Origin: Armatimonadota bacterium
GTDB lineage: Bacteria; Armatimonadota; UBA5829; DSUL01
Direction: 5' to 3'
Length of the DNA: 64,000 nt
Assembly: GCA_039811685.1 (NCBI GenBank)
Contig: JBDHZC010000001.1
Coordinates: 480,001 to 544,000, forward strand
The translations under genes were made by a program, and so were the position numbers. The notes under the pieces were generated by a model, which saw only the letters and a list, made by a program, of their open reading frames with translations, was not told the origin of the DNA and made no database searches. Of the stretch, positions 50,501-60,105 are shown one piece after another (positions within the stretch are counted from its first letter, which is position 1; each line of letters opens with the position of its first letter).

Positions 50501-52315
50501 GTCGCGCCGGCGTTCGCGAGTGTGGCGGAAGCAGGATGCTCTGTTTCAGGAGCGGGATCGGCGTGGTTCGACGATGTAACGATCTCGATGACGGACTCCG
50601 CTGAGGTTGGCATGGTGCGCGGCTACACGCTGGATGAAGAGCAAAACCCTGTCGCTGGTTGCATCGTGCGCACGACCACGGGCGGATTTCAGACGATCTC
50701 GGATGCGAACGGCTATTACGAACTTCCGGCGGTGGATAGCGGTACCTACGACTTCACCTGTCGCAAGGAGGGCTACGTTCCGTCTCGCATTTCGAACCAG
50801 ACCGTGGCTTCCGAGAGATTGACTTTTGTGAGCTTCCACATGGGGCTGGTGAAGCCGGGGCTGAGCGTGACAGGCGTTTCCTCATCTCAACCTTCCCTGC
50901 CGGACGCGCAGGGACAGACAAGCGTGGAAGTGACCGTCGCCAATTCCAAGCCGTACCCTGTGATGGTGGCGGAGGTCGGCTGCTTTGTGGACTCAGCAGG
51001 GCAAGATTCAACGGGCGACTTCGCCATCGAAGCCTCGCCTTCAAATCCCACCACCATTCCCGCATCCGGGCAGGCGAGCTTCCACTTCACGTTGAAACCG
51101 CTGGAAAGCGCCGTCGGCCGCTCGTTTACGATTAACGCTTACGCTTTCGGGCAGGAAGACCGCCCGAATATGCTCTCTAACGGCAACTTCGATGCGGCGG
51201 ATCCTTTCCAGAACTGGGGATTCTACTCGGAATCGTCCACCTGTCAGTGGCTGGCCGATACGGGCGTATTTGTCAGCGCTCCTCGCGCCCTCAAAAATAT
51301 CGCCGCTGACGCTTCGTCGTCGAAGTTCAACTGGGCGGGCAACTCCAGCGCTTACGGCCCTTCGGCCGTAGCCGCCAAACCCAACACGAACTATATCGTG
51401 GGCGCGTATCACAAAGACAACACAACGGGTCTGGTTGATTTGAACCTCTTCATCGAGGAGTATTTCTATAACGGGTCAAGTTGGCTCTACAATGGCCGGC
51501 ACTTCTCGGCCGTGCCACACCGCACGGTCTGGGCGAACGACTACATGGTCTACCGCACAGGCGATCCGGCGGTGACGGCCGGGCTGTACTCAACGAACCG
51601 TCTGCGGATATCTGTTGGCTCGTTCATACGGAGTAACGGCGCATCCACGACAGCCTGGTGGGACGACGTCTATCTGAAGGAGGAGGGTGACTGGCTGGCG
51701 GATGACCGGGCAGACCAGGGCGCAGCGTTATCAGTGCCGCGAGCGCTGAGCAGCGTGTCACAGGTCAGAGACGCTGCACAGGGCGAACTGGTGACTCTTG
51801 GCGGACTGGTTGTGAGCGCCGGAGACGGGGTATTTCCGGACCGGATCTACGCCGAACAGACAGACCGTGCCGCAGGCGTTGCGATTGTTCGTACGACGGG
51901 AGATTCAGCGGCGGACGGCGCTTCCATCGTGGTCATGGGAACTGTAGCGCGTCTGGACGGCGAGCCAGCGCTTATAAACGCAGAGGTGTCCCTTGGAGGC
52001 AATCCAGGCGTCCCGGAAGCGCTGGCGATGAACGGCAGCGCAGTCACCGGTGGCGCTCTTACCACGCTTGGTCTGCTGGTCTCGTTCACAGGCCGCGTCA
52101 GCTACGCAGCGCCGGACGGAAGCTGGTTTACGGTGGACGATGGCTCCGGAGCGCAGTCTAGCGGTCACAGCGGGATCAAAGTTATTACTCCGGCTGGAGC
52201 AGGCGCGCCGGCGGAAGGCTCTTTCCTGACCGTGATAGGTATCAGTGGATGTGAAGACGACGGCGCACAGGCGGTTATCCGGCCTCGAACACCCGGTGAT
52301 GTGATCCTGCAATAG
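47537..52315 (+). CDS. Large secreted modular glycoside hydrolase (FN3-like and CBM-like domains, clan GH-A barrel, carboxypeptidase-regulatory-like domain, conserved C-terminal module)
   Basis: Signal peptide; three W/Y.T......H.V...GL FN3-like units; N..FE/N..FD-type CBM starts; IFENEPN and YVTEGWG catalytic-type motifs; SDANGYYEL..V..GTY. Start placed at ATG 47537. Confidence 0.75.
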   Translation: MSLLHLRLIRLSALCCLLSGSALQAATITYGPVVAPVDPPGGSPPTSARVFWRTDTPTTSNTAYAGAGPSGPWTVTATDNAVDTRHEVLINGLAAGATFYVYVTSDAASSAPVKSRMAANLLVNGSLETWHAVSGQGWGSQEPDGWHGWEIYPWNPPGSNNPDHIAIQMDRPTAIPSPAVKDGAHRAGMDEGWRSCYGGMYQTVSGLAPGDYQISAWVAWQFSGTSAHDRHLLEIVAKDGAHQPGIAPTGEVIFRQFSPGEEKKWQLISGTVHCSSGTVTLYANLRSDNYDGSSFAHFDALRMMALSEPAVSFSNFASSRVINGAAYDVTITYQTSIPVTTQIDWGPSASYGSSSAQNPALATNHQVTLSGVPPSSTPYHYRAHATAPGDVDEFSADQTFDASALTFSGVSSAVEPQTGKICTVSWTTNYPTADNRLYYRALGSGEYTEVVEPAAPASTAHAVTVTGLSLAKTYQFYVTGASSDILPAQSALYSFQTPTSPALANLYIGMAMIGGPLSKGGDDVGPAQPVQNLILRDASMLNIDKLPSYNWPTVQPNDPGVGPNVYDWSKGDEKADDLIPGKARTTYFQMYGSTPSWLTQDTARFWQKFEEFVEAMAVHLNTTYGDADYIFENEPNISRAPSGWSWDNWYIHCLQHFYVAVHRADAKTGRTNRVVAGNLSGQAASGFASLYAKGLKNYSDVLGYHPYAADLRTGLEVSDLALIHSIQTQYGDGAKKIYVTEGWGSGRAAGFDRSSPTVPVSAQEVENMWLSLVNGWDNAMTPRQNWSPEYLYGMRFFCGNDNWGAGNWRKRAIPQKDGAGNIIGFIVDGYWMTPDIAPQFWNGGLLDWYGNSKDALMLVFPGNGLVFMNPGFELASDPPEANLPHFWTTASDPAPPQNYSLDSTVYHGGRNSLRLTAPASVWQKTAKRSVLPGVSYRARVWCRLEAQSSGAPAFYLRFADLSGSQKSTPVYADPIAADGQWRLMQATAVAPAFASVAEAGCSVSGAGSAWFDDVTISMTDSAEVGMVRGYTLDEEQNPVAGCIVRTTTGGFQTISDANGYYELPAVDSGTYDFTCRKEGYVPSRISNQTVASERLTFVSFHMGLVKPGLSVTGVSSSQPSLPDAQGQTSVEVTVANSKPYPVMVAEVGCFVDSAGQDSTGDFAIEASPSNPTTIPASGQASFHFTLKPLESAVGRSFTINAYAFGQEDRPNMLSNGNFDAADPFQNWGFYSESSTCQWLADTGVFVSAPRALKNIAADASSSKFNWAGNSSAYGPSAVAAKPNTNYIVGAYHKDNTTGLVDLNLFIEEYFYNGSSWLYNGRHFSAVPHRTVWANDYMVYRTGDPAVTAGLYSTNRLRISVGSFIRSNGASTTAWWDDVYLKEEGDWLADDRADQGAALSVPRALSSVSQVRDAAQGELVTLGGLVVSAGDGVFPDRIYAEQTDRAAGVAIVRTTGDSAADGASIVVMGTVARLDGEPALINAEVSLGGNPGVPEALAMNGSAVTGGALTTLGLLVSFTGRVSYAAPDGSWFTVDDGSGAQSSGHSGIKVITPAGAGAPAEGSFLTVIGISGCEDDGAQAVIRPRTPGDVILQ

Positions 52316-52479
52316 CGGGCGGCAGGCTCACTCCAAAAATGGCGGATGCAGGTGGAATCGGACACTGCGTTTTCGTTCTTTTTTCACAAAATGAGGCCCC
52401 CGCCCTATAAGGAGCTCTTTTGGAGTGTGTAGCCAGCGCCGGTCACGCGAAATCGGTCGCCACGCGGCCCTGGAATCGT

Positions 52480-52522
52480 GAGGTCGAGCTGTGACAGCAG
52501 ACACCAGCGCCGCCTCGACCTC
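52480..52522. terminator. Hairpin between convergent genes
   Basis: GAGGTCGAG / CTCGACCTC 9-bp stem; no clear U tract. Confidence 0.35.
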
Positions 52523-52549
52523 GCCGCATCAACTCAGAGAAAGTGCGAA

Positions 52550-53995
52550 CTAGACCTTATCAGTCACCACAAACGGGGCGCGATAGTCGCGAGTGAGTAA
52601 CTCATCGGCCCTTTTGTCCCCGATGAACTTCAGTCTCTCAGCGTCGAATCTCAGCTTTCGACCCAGCCTGTACGCTCCGCTCTTCAAATCGACACCGTTT
52701 GAGGCGAGATGCTCCTCAAAGCGCGCGAAGGTCTCGTAGGCGTCCTTGTCGTCCCCGAACGCTTTGGCCTTGTCGTCAAATGCGGCGTTTTTCCCAAGCA
52801 GGTAAGAAATGTTGCCCAGATGACACAGCGATGCTGATATGAAGCCGTCCTCAATATCGCAGTTGAGGTCAGAGGATTTGCGGCTGCGCACAGCGTCCAC
52901 AAAGTTGGCGAAGTGGTCTCCGCTGCCCTTGAACTGTTCCAGCTCTTTGCCGTCGTTGTCGTAAGCGGCCGCGGAATTGTAGCTGGTGGATACCATATAG
53001 CCCTCCGTGCCGTACCAGATATTGCCGATCTTGGCGCCCTTGAGTGGGTCTGTGGCCAACCCGCGAACCTCAAAGATAATCTGCTCATCTCCGTAGTCGA
53101 GAATCAGCACTTCGGTATTTGGAGTCTCTCCATTGTCTTTGTAGCCAAAGCGCCCGCCGTACCCGATGACGCTCTCCGGAAAACTCCGCTTGTTCAGCCC
53201 CCAGCGAGCTTTGTCCATCTCGTGAGCCCCCTGATTGCCGAGATCTCCGTTTCCGTAATCCCAGAACCAGTGCCAGTCATAGTGGAAGCGCTCGCGCATG
53301 GGAGGCTTGTTGGGCGCAGGGCCCAGCCACAGATCGTAGTCCACTGTCTCAGGGACAGGTTGAGGCTGCGTGACCAGCCCAATGCTGGGGCGCGATTTGT
53401 AGCACAAACCCCGGGCCAGAGTAATCTTGCCCAGCTTGCCGTCGTGCAGGTACTGAATGGCGTCACGCATGCCCGGATTGGAGCGGCTCTGCGTCCCGGC
53501 CTGGCAGATACGTCCGTGCTTGCGCGCCGCGCGAACCATCTGGTGGCCTTCAAAAATGTTGTGGCAGACAGGCTTCTCGACGTAAACATCCTTGCCCGCC
53601 TGCATGGCCATAATGCTGATAATGGCGTGGGTGTGGTTGGGTGTCGCGATGGATACGACGTCTATGTCGGGGTTTTCGAGTAGATCGCGAAAGTCCCTGT
53701 AGGCGCGGGGCATCTTCTTCCCGGCCTTCGAAGCCTTCGCCATGGCGGACTTCATATGCGCGGAATCCGCGTCGCAGACAGCAATCAGATCGACATCTTC
53801 GCGTCGGAGCCACTCAGAAACATGCCCGTCGCCTCTGCTACCACAGCCAATGACGGCCGCATTGAGCTTTTCGTTAGCGCTCTTCTGGCGCGCTCCAGAG
53901 CCACCCGCCTGAGCCAGTACTTTTCCGGGAAGCGATGCCGCTGCCAGCATCAACACAGAGTCATTCAGGAACTGTCTTCGTGAGATCTTTCTCAT
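52550..53995 (-). CDS. Tat-exported Gfo/Idh/MocA oxidoreductase
   Basis: SRRQFL twin-arginine signal, IGCGSRG, ATPNHTH, DVYVEKP, DYDLWLGPAP, W.WFWDYG.G.LGNQG.H..D. Confidence 0.9.
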   Translation of the reverse strand: MRKISRRQFLNDSVLMLAAASLPGKVLAQAGGSGARQKSANEKLNAAVIGCGSRGDGHVSEWLRREDVDLIAVCDADSAHMKSAMAKASKAGKKMPRAYRDFRDLLENPDIDVVSIATPNHTHAIISIMAMQAGKDVYVEKPVCHNIFEGHQMVRAARKHGRICQAGTQSRSNPGMRDAIQYLHDGKLGKITLARGLCYKSRPSIGLVTQPQPVPETVDYDLWLGPAPNKPPMRERFHYDWHWFWDYGNGDLGNQGAHEMDKARWGLNKRSFPESVIGYGGRFGYKDNGETPNTEVLILDYGDEQIIFEVRGLATDPLKGAKIGNIWYGTEGYMVSTSYNSAAAYDNDGKELEQFKGSGDHFANFVDAVRSRKSSDLNCDIEDGFISASLCHLGNISYLLGKNAAFDDKAKAFGDDKDAYETFARFEEHLASNGVDLKSGAYRLGRKLRFDAERLKFIGDKRADELLTRDYRAPFVVTDKV

Positions 53996-54356
53996 AGGAA
54001 CCTTCCACCGTCGCGTTCGTCACACACCAGCGTGAATAATCACCGGATGCTACTATATACGGGAAAGCCTTCAACACAACGACTTTTTTGTCCTGTCCGG
54101 GTTTTGCGGAAATATCGTGAGCGGCGGCAGTGGCATCGAATCGTCCCTGAAGTGGCAACGGTGAACGCGTCACACAAGGGGCAGCAACCATAGCGAAGCT
54201 CCGTGTCGCGCTAAATGAGACGACTGAGTGTTGCCAGACTGGGAGCATAAGTGGCGCTATGGGGCGTAGCAGGCGCAGTAGCTAACTCTTGCGCAGTTGT
54301 CAAAGGGTGATATTCTGTATAAGTAGCATCGGAAAGGGACCCAGGCGCACCTGAGT

Positions 54357-55361
54357 ATGCCATCACACGACAACGAACTCTACGATATCACCATCATCGG
54401 CGGCGGTCCGGTCGGGCTCTTCGCAGCCTTCTACGCCGGCATGCGAAAGATGAAAACGAAGATCATTGACAGCCTACCTGAACTCGGCGGTCAGCTCAGC
54501 ACACTGTATCCAGAGAAATATGTCTACGACATGCCTGGCTTTGCTGAAGTGCTGGCGAGTGATCTGTCAAATGAGATGATCAAGCAGGGAACGCGCTTCG
54601 GCGCGCAGATAGCGCTGGAGGAAACTGTCCGGGAACTGGAGACACTGGAAGGCGGGTCATTCAGGCTCAAAACAGACAAATCAGAGCACCTCAGTAAGAC
54701 CGTTCTCATTTCTGCGGGCGCTGGCGCATTTGCCCCCAAGACCATAGACGTTCCCGGCGTCAAGGACTTTGAGGGTGCTGGCGTTCACTTTTCAGTACGT
54801 GACAAGAGCCAGTTTGCGGGCAAAAAGCTGCTGATTGTCGGAGCGGGAGATTCTGCGCTGGACTGGGCAATGAACCTCGAGCCGCTCTCAGAGAGCATCA
54901 CGCTCATCCATCGGCGTGACATCTTTCGGGCACACGAAGACAGTGTTGACTGGTTGTTCAATCGCTCGCGCGTGCGGTACCGGCTTTTCACTGAGATGCG
55001 CAGGCTGGAGGGCAACGGTCATCTGCAGCGGGTAGTCGTCTATGACAACCGCACAAACGAAGAAGACACCCTGGACATCGACCACTGCCTGATCAACATC
55101 GGCTTTCAGGCGCACATCGGCCCTGTCAAGAACTGGGGGCTAAACATGCAGGGGAACAGCATTGTCGTAGACGCACATTGTGAAACGAGTATCCCGGGGG
55201 TGTACGCGGCCGGAGACATCTGCACGTATGACGGGAAAATCAAGCTGATAGCGACCGGGGTCGGAGAGGCGTGTACAGCCGTGTGCTACGCCAAAGTGCG
55301 CCTGGACCCGAAAGCGCGTACGTTCCCCGGACACTCCACAAACATGGACCTGCGCCTGTAG
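54357..55361 (+). CDS. Thioredoxin-reductase-type ferredoxin--NADP+ reductase (YumC-like)
   Basis: IIGGGPVGLFAAFYAGMR, LGGQL..LYPEKY.YD..GF, GAGDSALDWA, AAGD, terminal PGHST; lacks the TrxR CxxC. Confidence 0.88.
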   Translation: MPSHDNELYDITIIGGGPVGLFAAFYAGMRKMKTKIIDSLPELGGQLSTLYPEKYVYDMPGFAEVLASDLSNEMIKQGTRFGAQIALEETVRELETLEGGSFRLKTDKSEHLSKTVLISAGAGAFAPKTIDVPGVKDFEGAGVHFSVRDKSQFAGKKLLIVGAGDSALDWAMNLEPLSESITLIHRRDIFRAHEDSVDWLFNRSRVRYRLFTEMRRLEGNGHLQRVVVYDNRTNEEDTLDIDHCLINIGFQAHIGPVKNWGLNMQGNSIVVDAHCETSIPGVYAAGDICTYDGKIKLIATGVGEACTAVCYAKVRLDPKARTFPGHSTNMDLRL

Positions 55362-55496
55362 AGTGAGCGGCCTAAGTGCCGCTTTAGCGCAATCTCAGAT
55401 TTCCACGAATTTTGGCAGGCAGCTAGACGTCCTGTGATGAAGCGGCTATCCTGAGTACAGTGCACTGCACTGGCGATCTCACCTGCAGGACTGGCT

Positions 55497-56429
55497 ATGA
55501 CATCTCACGTTTCTCACGCAAGCGCAGGCGAAGGCGACTGGATCAAGACTTCTTCGCACGTCTGCCGCCTGGACAATATCCTCTCGCCGTCGAGCGCCGC
55601 CTACCTCATACTGGATAAGCAGCGCCTCAGCGACACCGTTGTCCGTCTTACTCTCCACGCTCCCCTGGTTGCTCTCAATGCCCAGCCGGGGCAGTTCGTG
55701 CTTATTCGCCCAACAGAGCGCTCCGAACGCATCCCTCTGACCATTTCACACGCGGATCGCGTGAGCGGAGCTGTGACTGTCATCTTTCAGGAAGTCGGAC
55801 ACACGACGCGTGAGCTTGGAGGGCTGGAAAAAGGACAGAGTGTGCAGGATTTTGCGGGTCCGCTTGGAACTCCAAGCGACATTCAGCGCGTCGGCACTGT
55901 CGCTTGTGTAGCGGGCGGTGTGGGCATCGCTGTAATGCTTCCTGTAACCCGGGCACTGAAGGCTGCTGGAAATCGCATCATAGGCATTCTAGGCGCACGA
56001 AACAAGAGCTTGCTCATTCTGGAGGATGAGATGCGTGAAGCGTGCGACGAGCTGGCTATTGTGACGGACGACGGCTCTTACGGTGAGCAAGGTATCGTGA
56101 CAGACGCTTTGGCCGCCCTTACGCAGCGCGACCGCATTGACATGGCCTATGCAATCGGCCCTTTGCCGATGATGCAGGCGGTCTGCGATGTGACCCGTGA
56201 CCAGAGTATTGCGACGGTTGTGAGTCTGGATCCGGTGATGGTGGACGGGACCGGCATGTGCGGAGGCTGTCGTGTCAGAGTCGGTGGCGACGTGAAGTTC
56301 GCCTGTGTGGACGGCCCGGAGTTCGACGGACATCTGGTGGACTGGGATTCCCTAAGGTCGCGAAAAGCGGGTTATCGGGAGCAGGAGCAGAAGGCGCGTG
56401 AAGCGTCTGAGGAGGCACATCATGCCTAA
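55497..56429 (+). CDS. nfnA: NfnA/SudB FAD/NAD-binding [2Fe-2S] subunit
   Basis: PGQFV, ERIPLTI, GPLG.P, GGVG.A, TDDGSYG, IGP.PMM, MVDGTGMCGGCRV, CVDGPEFDGH.VDW. Confidence 0.85.
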   Translation: MTSHVSHASAGEGDWIKTSSHVCRLDNILSPSSAAYLILDKQRLSDTVVRLTLHAPLVALNAQPGQFVLIRPTERSERIPLTISHADRVSGAVTVIFQEVGHTTRELGGLEKGQSVQDFAGPLGTPSDIQRVGTVACVAGGVGIAVMLPVTRALKAAGNRIIGILGARNKSLLILEDEMREACDELAIVTDDGSYGEQGIVTDALAALTQRDRIDMAYAIGPLPMMQAVCDVTRDQSIATVVSLDPVMVDGTGMCGGCRVRVGGDVKFACVDGPEFDGHLVDWDSLRSRKAGYREQEQKAREASEEAHHA

Positions 56430-57852
56430 ACGAGAACACCTCCCGCGGACGCCCATGCCGGAACAGGACCCGAAACAGCGCGCTACCAATTTTGACGAAG
56501 TCACGCTGGGCTATACGCCTGAGATGGCCATGGCGGAGGCCAGCCGCTGTCTTGCCTGCAAACAGAAGCCTTGCGTGCGCGGCTGTCCGGTGAACATCAA
56601 CATCCCCGAATTTGTGCGCAAGGTTGCTGAAGGAGATTTTGGCGCCGCTGCCGAGGAGATTGCCCGCGCCAACGCTCTGGCCTCTGTGTGTGGCCGCGTG
56701 TGCCCGCAGGAAGAGCAGTGCGAGAAGTACTGTCTGATGGCCAAAGTGAACGGCGCGGTGGCCATTGGCCGCCTGGAGCGATTTACCGCTGACTGGCATG
56801 CCGCTCACGCCGACACCAACCATTGCGACGTGAGCGATCGAGAACCGTTGGACCAGAAAGTGGCCATTATCGGCGCCGGACCCGCAGGGCTGACCGCTGC
56901 CGGAGACCTGGCCAGAGCGGGTTACAAGGTAACGGTTTTTGAAGCGCTGCACGAAATTGGCGGCGTTTTGCGCTACGGAATCCCTGAGTTCCGTCTACCG
57001 CGCGAAATTCTGGACAGAGAGATCGAGTCTATCAGGTCAATGGGCGTCGATTTTATGACAAACGTCGTCATTGGCAAGACGCTGACTATCGATCAGTTGC
57101 GGGAAAGTGGATTTGACGCGATCTTTGTCGGCACTGGCGCTGGGTTACCCACATTTCTGAATATCCCGGGAGAAGACTTGAACGGCGTGTACTCCTCCAA
57201 CGAGTTTCTCACGCGTGTAAACCTGATGAACGCCAAGGACTTTCCAAACGAAGGCACTCCTGTGCGCATACCGGTGAAAGCTGTGGTCGTCGGAGCAGGG
57301 AACACTGCTATGGATTCTGCGCGCACTGCGCTGCGTCTGGGCGCTCAAGAAGTGCATATCGTCTACAGGCGCTCCCGCGACGAAATGCCTGCCCGTGCAG
57401 AAGAGCTGCACCATGCTGAGGAGGAAGGCGTTCAATTCAACCTGCTTGTAAATCCGGTCGCCTTTCTGGAGGGAGACAAAGGCTGGCTGCGAGGCGTGCG
57501 TTGTCAGCGGATGCAGCTTGGAGAGCCGGATGAATCCGGGCGGCGAAGGCCAATTCCCATTCCGGAGACTGAGTTCGATATCGAAGCCGACACAGCGATT
57601 GTGGCGGTTGGACAGTCCCCAAACCCTCTTATCCGCTCCACGACAGATGGGCTCAAGACAACTCCATGGGGCGGCATTGTGGTCAATGAGGAGACCGGTG
57701 AAACATCGATTCCGGGCGTCTATGCAGGTGGCGACGCTGTAACTGGCGCTGCGACAGTCATCACGGCAATGGGCGCGGGAAGACGCTCGGCGATAAGCAT
57801 TGACGCTTATCTGAAAGCCCTGCGTGAGAACAACAACAAGGTTAGTGAGTGA
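56422..57852 (+). CDS. nfnB: NfnB/SudA (GltD-like) NADPH-dependent flavo-iron-sulfur subunit
   Basis: EASRCL.C....C..GCPV.I.IP, CGRVCPQE.QCE, GAGPAGL, YGIPEFRL, GAGNTAMD, YRRS, GGD.VTG.ATVI.AMG.G. Coupled to nfnA, with no gltB adjacent. Confidence 0.85.
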   Translation: MPKREHLPRTPMPEQDPKQRATNFDEVTLGYTPEMAMAEASRCLACKQKPCVRGCPVNINIPEFVRKVAEGDFGAAAEEIARANALASVCGRVCPQEEQCEKYCLMAKVNGAVAIGRLERFTADWHAAHADTNHCDVSDREPLDQKVAIIGAGPAGLTAAGDLARAGYKVTVFEALHEIGGVLRYGIPEFRLPREILDREIESIRSMGVDFMTNVVIGKTLTIDQLRESGFDAIFVGTGAGLPTFLNIPGEDLNGVYSSNEFLTRVNLMNAKDFPNEGTPVRIPVKAVVVGAGNTAMDSARTALRLGAQEVHIVYRRSRDEMPARAEELHHAEEEGVQFNLLVNPVAFLEGDKGWLRGVRCQRMQLGEPDESGRRRPIPIPETEFDIEADTAIVAVGQSPNPLIRSTTDGLKTTPWGGIVVNEETGETSIPGVYAGGDAVTGAATVITAMGAGRRSAISIDAYLKALRENNNKVSE

Positions 57853-58739
57853 AGTATCTGGAGCCCGCGAACAGCCTGCTCAGCGACCCCTTAGCCCTGC
57901 GCGTGCGGGCAGACCGCGACGGATGCCTACTGCTATGCCAGGTTTTCGACACGGAAAGTCTCCTTGCGCTGCGGCGTCAAATTTTGGAGCTTTGTGAGAG
58001 CTTCGGGTGGCTCGCATACGGCTCATCACTCATGGACGGCATCGCCAACTTTGGCGCCACTCCCGAGGAGCTGGACGAGCGTTTCATGGCGCTCTACAGT
58101 GAGCTTCTGAAGCTGGAAGACTTCCACGCATTGGCGCACTATCCGGCGCTGGTGCATGCCTTTGAAAAACTTTTCGGGGAGAGCGTGCTGATCCACCCGC
58201 GTAACATCGCCCGAATAATCTTTCCTCAAAACGTCAAGCACACAACTCCTGCGCACCAGGACTTTGTGCATATTCAGGGCACGCCGGACACCTGGACAGC
58301 CTGGACTCCACTTGGGGACTGTCCCATTGAACAGGGCGCTCTCGCCTTTCTGATCGGCTCCCACAAGCAGGGTATCTACCCTACCCACCAGGCATACGGA
58401 GCTGGTGGGCTTGGTATTGAGACGGACGAGTTGCCCTTTGAGTGGCGCACCTGGGATTTCAAGATTGGAGACACCGTGATTTTCCACAGCCACAATATTC
58501 ACAAGGCGCTGCCAAATCTGACAGCAGACCGTATCCGGCTTTCTGTGGACTATCGCTATCAGCCTGTCTCCCAGCCCGTCACAGAAGGATCTCTTCTGCC
58601 GCACATGACTGGGCAGAGCTGGGAGGATATCTACAAAGGCTGGCGGCGCACAGAGCTTCAGTACTACTGGGAAGCGTTTCCTCTGAAGCTGGCGGACTGG
58701 TCAGGGCAGTATCACCAAAAAGCCGCGCCTGGGGGCTGA
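57849..58739 (+). CDS. Phytanoyl-CoA dioxygenase (PhyH) family Fe(II)/2OG oxygenase
   Basis: TPAHQD, W.PLGD, GSHK.G, GD..IFH...IH.A.PN, R.S.D.RY. Confidence 0.88.
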   Translation: MKYLEPANSLLSDPLALRVRADRDGCLLLCQVFDTESLLALRRQILELCESFGWLAYGSSLMDGIANFGATPEELDERFMALYSELLKLEDFHALAHYPALVHAFEKLFGESVLIHPRNIARIIFPQNVKHTTPAHQDFVHIQGTPDTWTAWTPLGDCPIEQGALAFLIGSHKQGIYPTHQAYGAGGLGIETDELPFEWRTWDFKIGDTVIFHSHNIHKALPNLTADRIRLSVDYRYQPVSQPVTEGSLLPHMTGQSWEDIYKGWRRTELQYYWEAFPLKLADWSGQYHQKAAPGG

Positions 58740-58780
58740 CAGCGGTAGCCCTTGATCAGCTCTTCTGTTTCCTCTGCCGG

Positions 58781-60046
58781 CTAAGCGTCATTACACAGCC
58801 AGTCCACAGCCTGCTTCAGCGCACAATAGGGAAGCGTGGCGGAAGCGCAGTAGAGTGGGTTGACGTAGTAGCCGAGCTCGGGATTGACATATTCCCACGG
58901 AGCGCCTTTCTCGCGCTGGTTTTCGATATTCTCAACGAAATCCAGCAGCACCTTATCTGCCAGCGCCGGATCAGCCTTGGACACGGCATAGATGAACCAG
59001 CCTGACGGGGTCGCCCAGTACGGTCCATTCTGGAAAATACCGCGGCGCAGCGGAGACTGCTCCCAGAACTCACCCGCCGGGAGATGGCGCACCTGTCCCT
59101 GAAAGACAACGCCCGGATCGGCAGCATGCTGGCTAAGGCGGCGGCAGAGCTTCATTTCCATGTCTTCTGGCAGCAAACCAAGCCAGACGGCGTACGCCTG
59201 CGCCCAGATATCTTCTTTGTGGCCGATTCCTGTGGCTGAAATCAGAATGCCAGTGCCGTCGTCCCTCTGTTCAAAAAACACTTCTGGAATCCGGTGTTGG
59301 ATGGAGGCAGCGATACACTCGTAGCCATCCGCCCGGCTTGTGTCACCCAATTGACGGAACAACGAAGAGAGGTCCTTAGCCGCTCTCCAACGCAGAAGCG
59401 TCGGCATCACGCACAGACCTGTCTTCCTTATGGAATCGCAGAATCCCCAGTCTACGCGGGTCTTGCCCTGCTCCGGAGAGCAAATGACGACATCATCCTC
59501 CACCTCAACCGAGTTGAACGCTTTCTCGCTGATCTCTGAGAGTGGCGCTTTGCCCCAGGGCGTCTCCATTATCGTGTTCATCAGATACGGGGATTTGGTT
59601 AGAGAGGCGTGTTCGGCGATTATCTGAATGAAGAAATAGCCGTTGTCGGCGGGCGTCAGAAATCCATATGTTCCGTCACCCTGATCCTCACCCTCATAGG
59701 CTCCGGGAAACCAGCAACTCTGTCTGTCCAGCGTGATATGGTCTGGAATGGAGAACGGGGGAATAAAAAGCCCATTTGCCAGATGAATGCCGTCCTGTCC
59801 CGGCTGTGTCGAGGCGCACACCTTGATCCATCCCTCCACGCGATCTGCACCCACAAGGTCCGCCCCCAGCGCCATCGCTGAGTCGCGTGGCCAGAAAGCC
59901 GGATAGGCAGCCTGACCGTCTGGCATCAGGAGCCACTCACCTGTCGTGTTGGCGCGATCCTTAATGACAGCATCTGGCGAAACACTGCACGCCTCCAGCA
60001 TCTCTACCGCAATCAGGCGAAGTCTTGACAAAAGCTCACTTCTCAT
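58781..60046 (-). CDS. Six-hairpin glycosidase-like protein
   Basis: YPAFWPRD, FQNGPYW..P.GW, PWEY motifs typical of (alpha/alpha)6 glycosidases; lies downstream of the rhamnosidase. Confidence 0.65.
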   Translation of the reverse strand: MRSELLSRLRLIAVEMLEACSVSPDAVIKDRANTTGEWLLMPDGQAAYPAFWPRDSAMALGADLVGADRVEGWIKVCASTQPGQDGIHLANGLFIPPFSIPDHITLDRQSCWFPGAYEGEDQGDGTYGFLTPADNGYFFIQIIAEHASLTKSPYLMNTIMETPWGKAPLSEISEKAFNSVEVEDDVVICSPEQGKTRVDWGFCDSIRKTGLCVMPTLLRWRAAKDLSSLFRQLGDTSRADGYECIAASIQHRIPEVFFEQRDDGTGILISATGIGHKEDIWAQAYAVWLGLLPEDMEMKLCRRLSQHAADPGVVFQGQVRHLPAGEFWEQSPLRRGIFQNGPYWATPSGWFIYAVSKADPALADKVLLDFVENIENQREKGAPWEYVNPELGYYVNPLYCASATLPYCALKQAVDWLCNDA

Positions 60047-60105
60047 ATCGAACCTCAGATTCTATTCTCAGGCGTCTTCAGTCGTCACCGGCTGTCCCAC
60101 TCCCT

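Noticed and set aside
56422..57852. Glutamate synthase small subunit (gltD)
   Set aside because: No gltB adjacent, and it is coupled to an NfnA/SudB gene.
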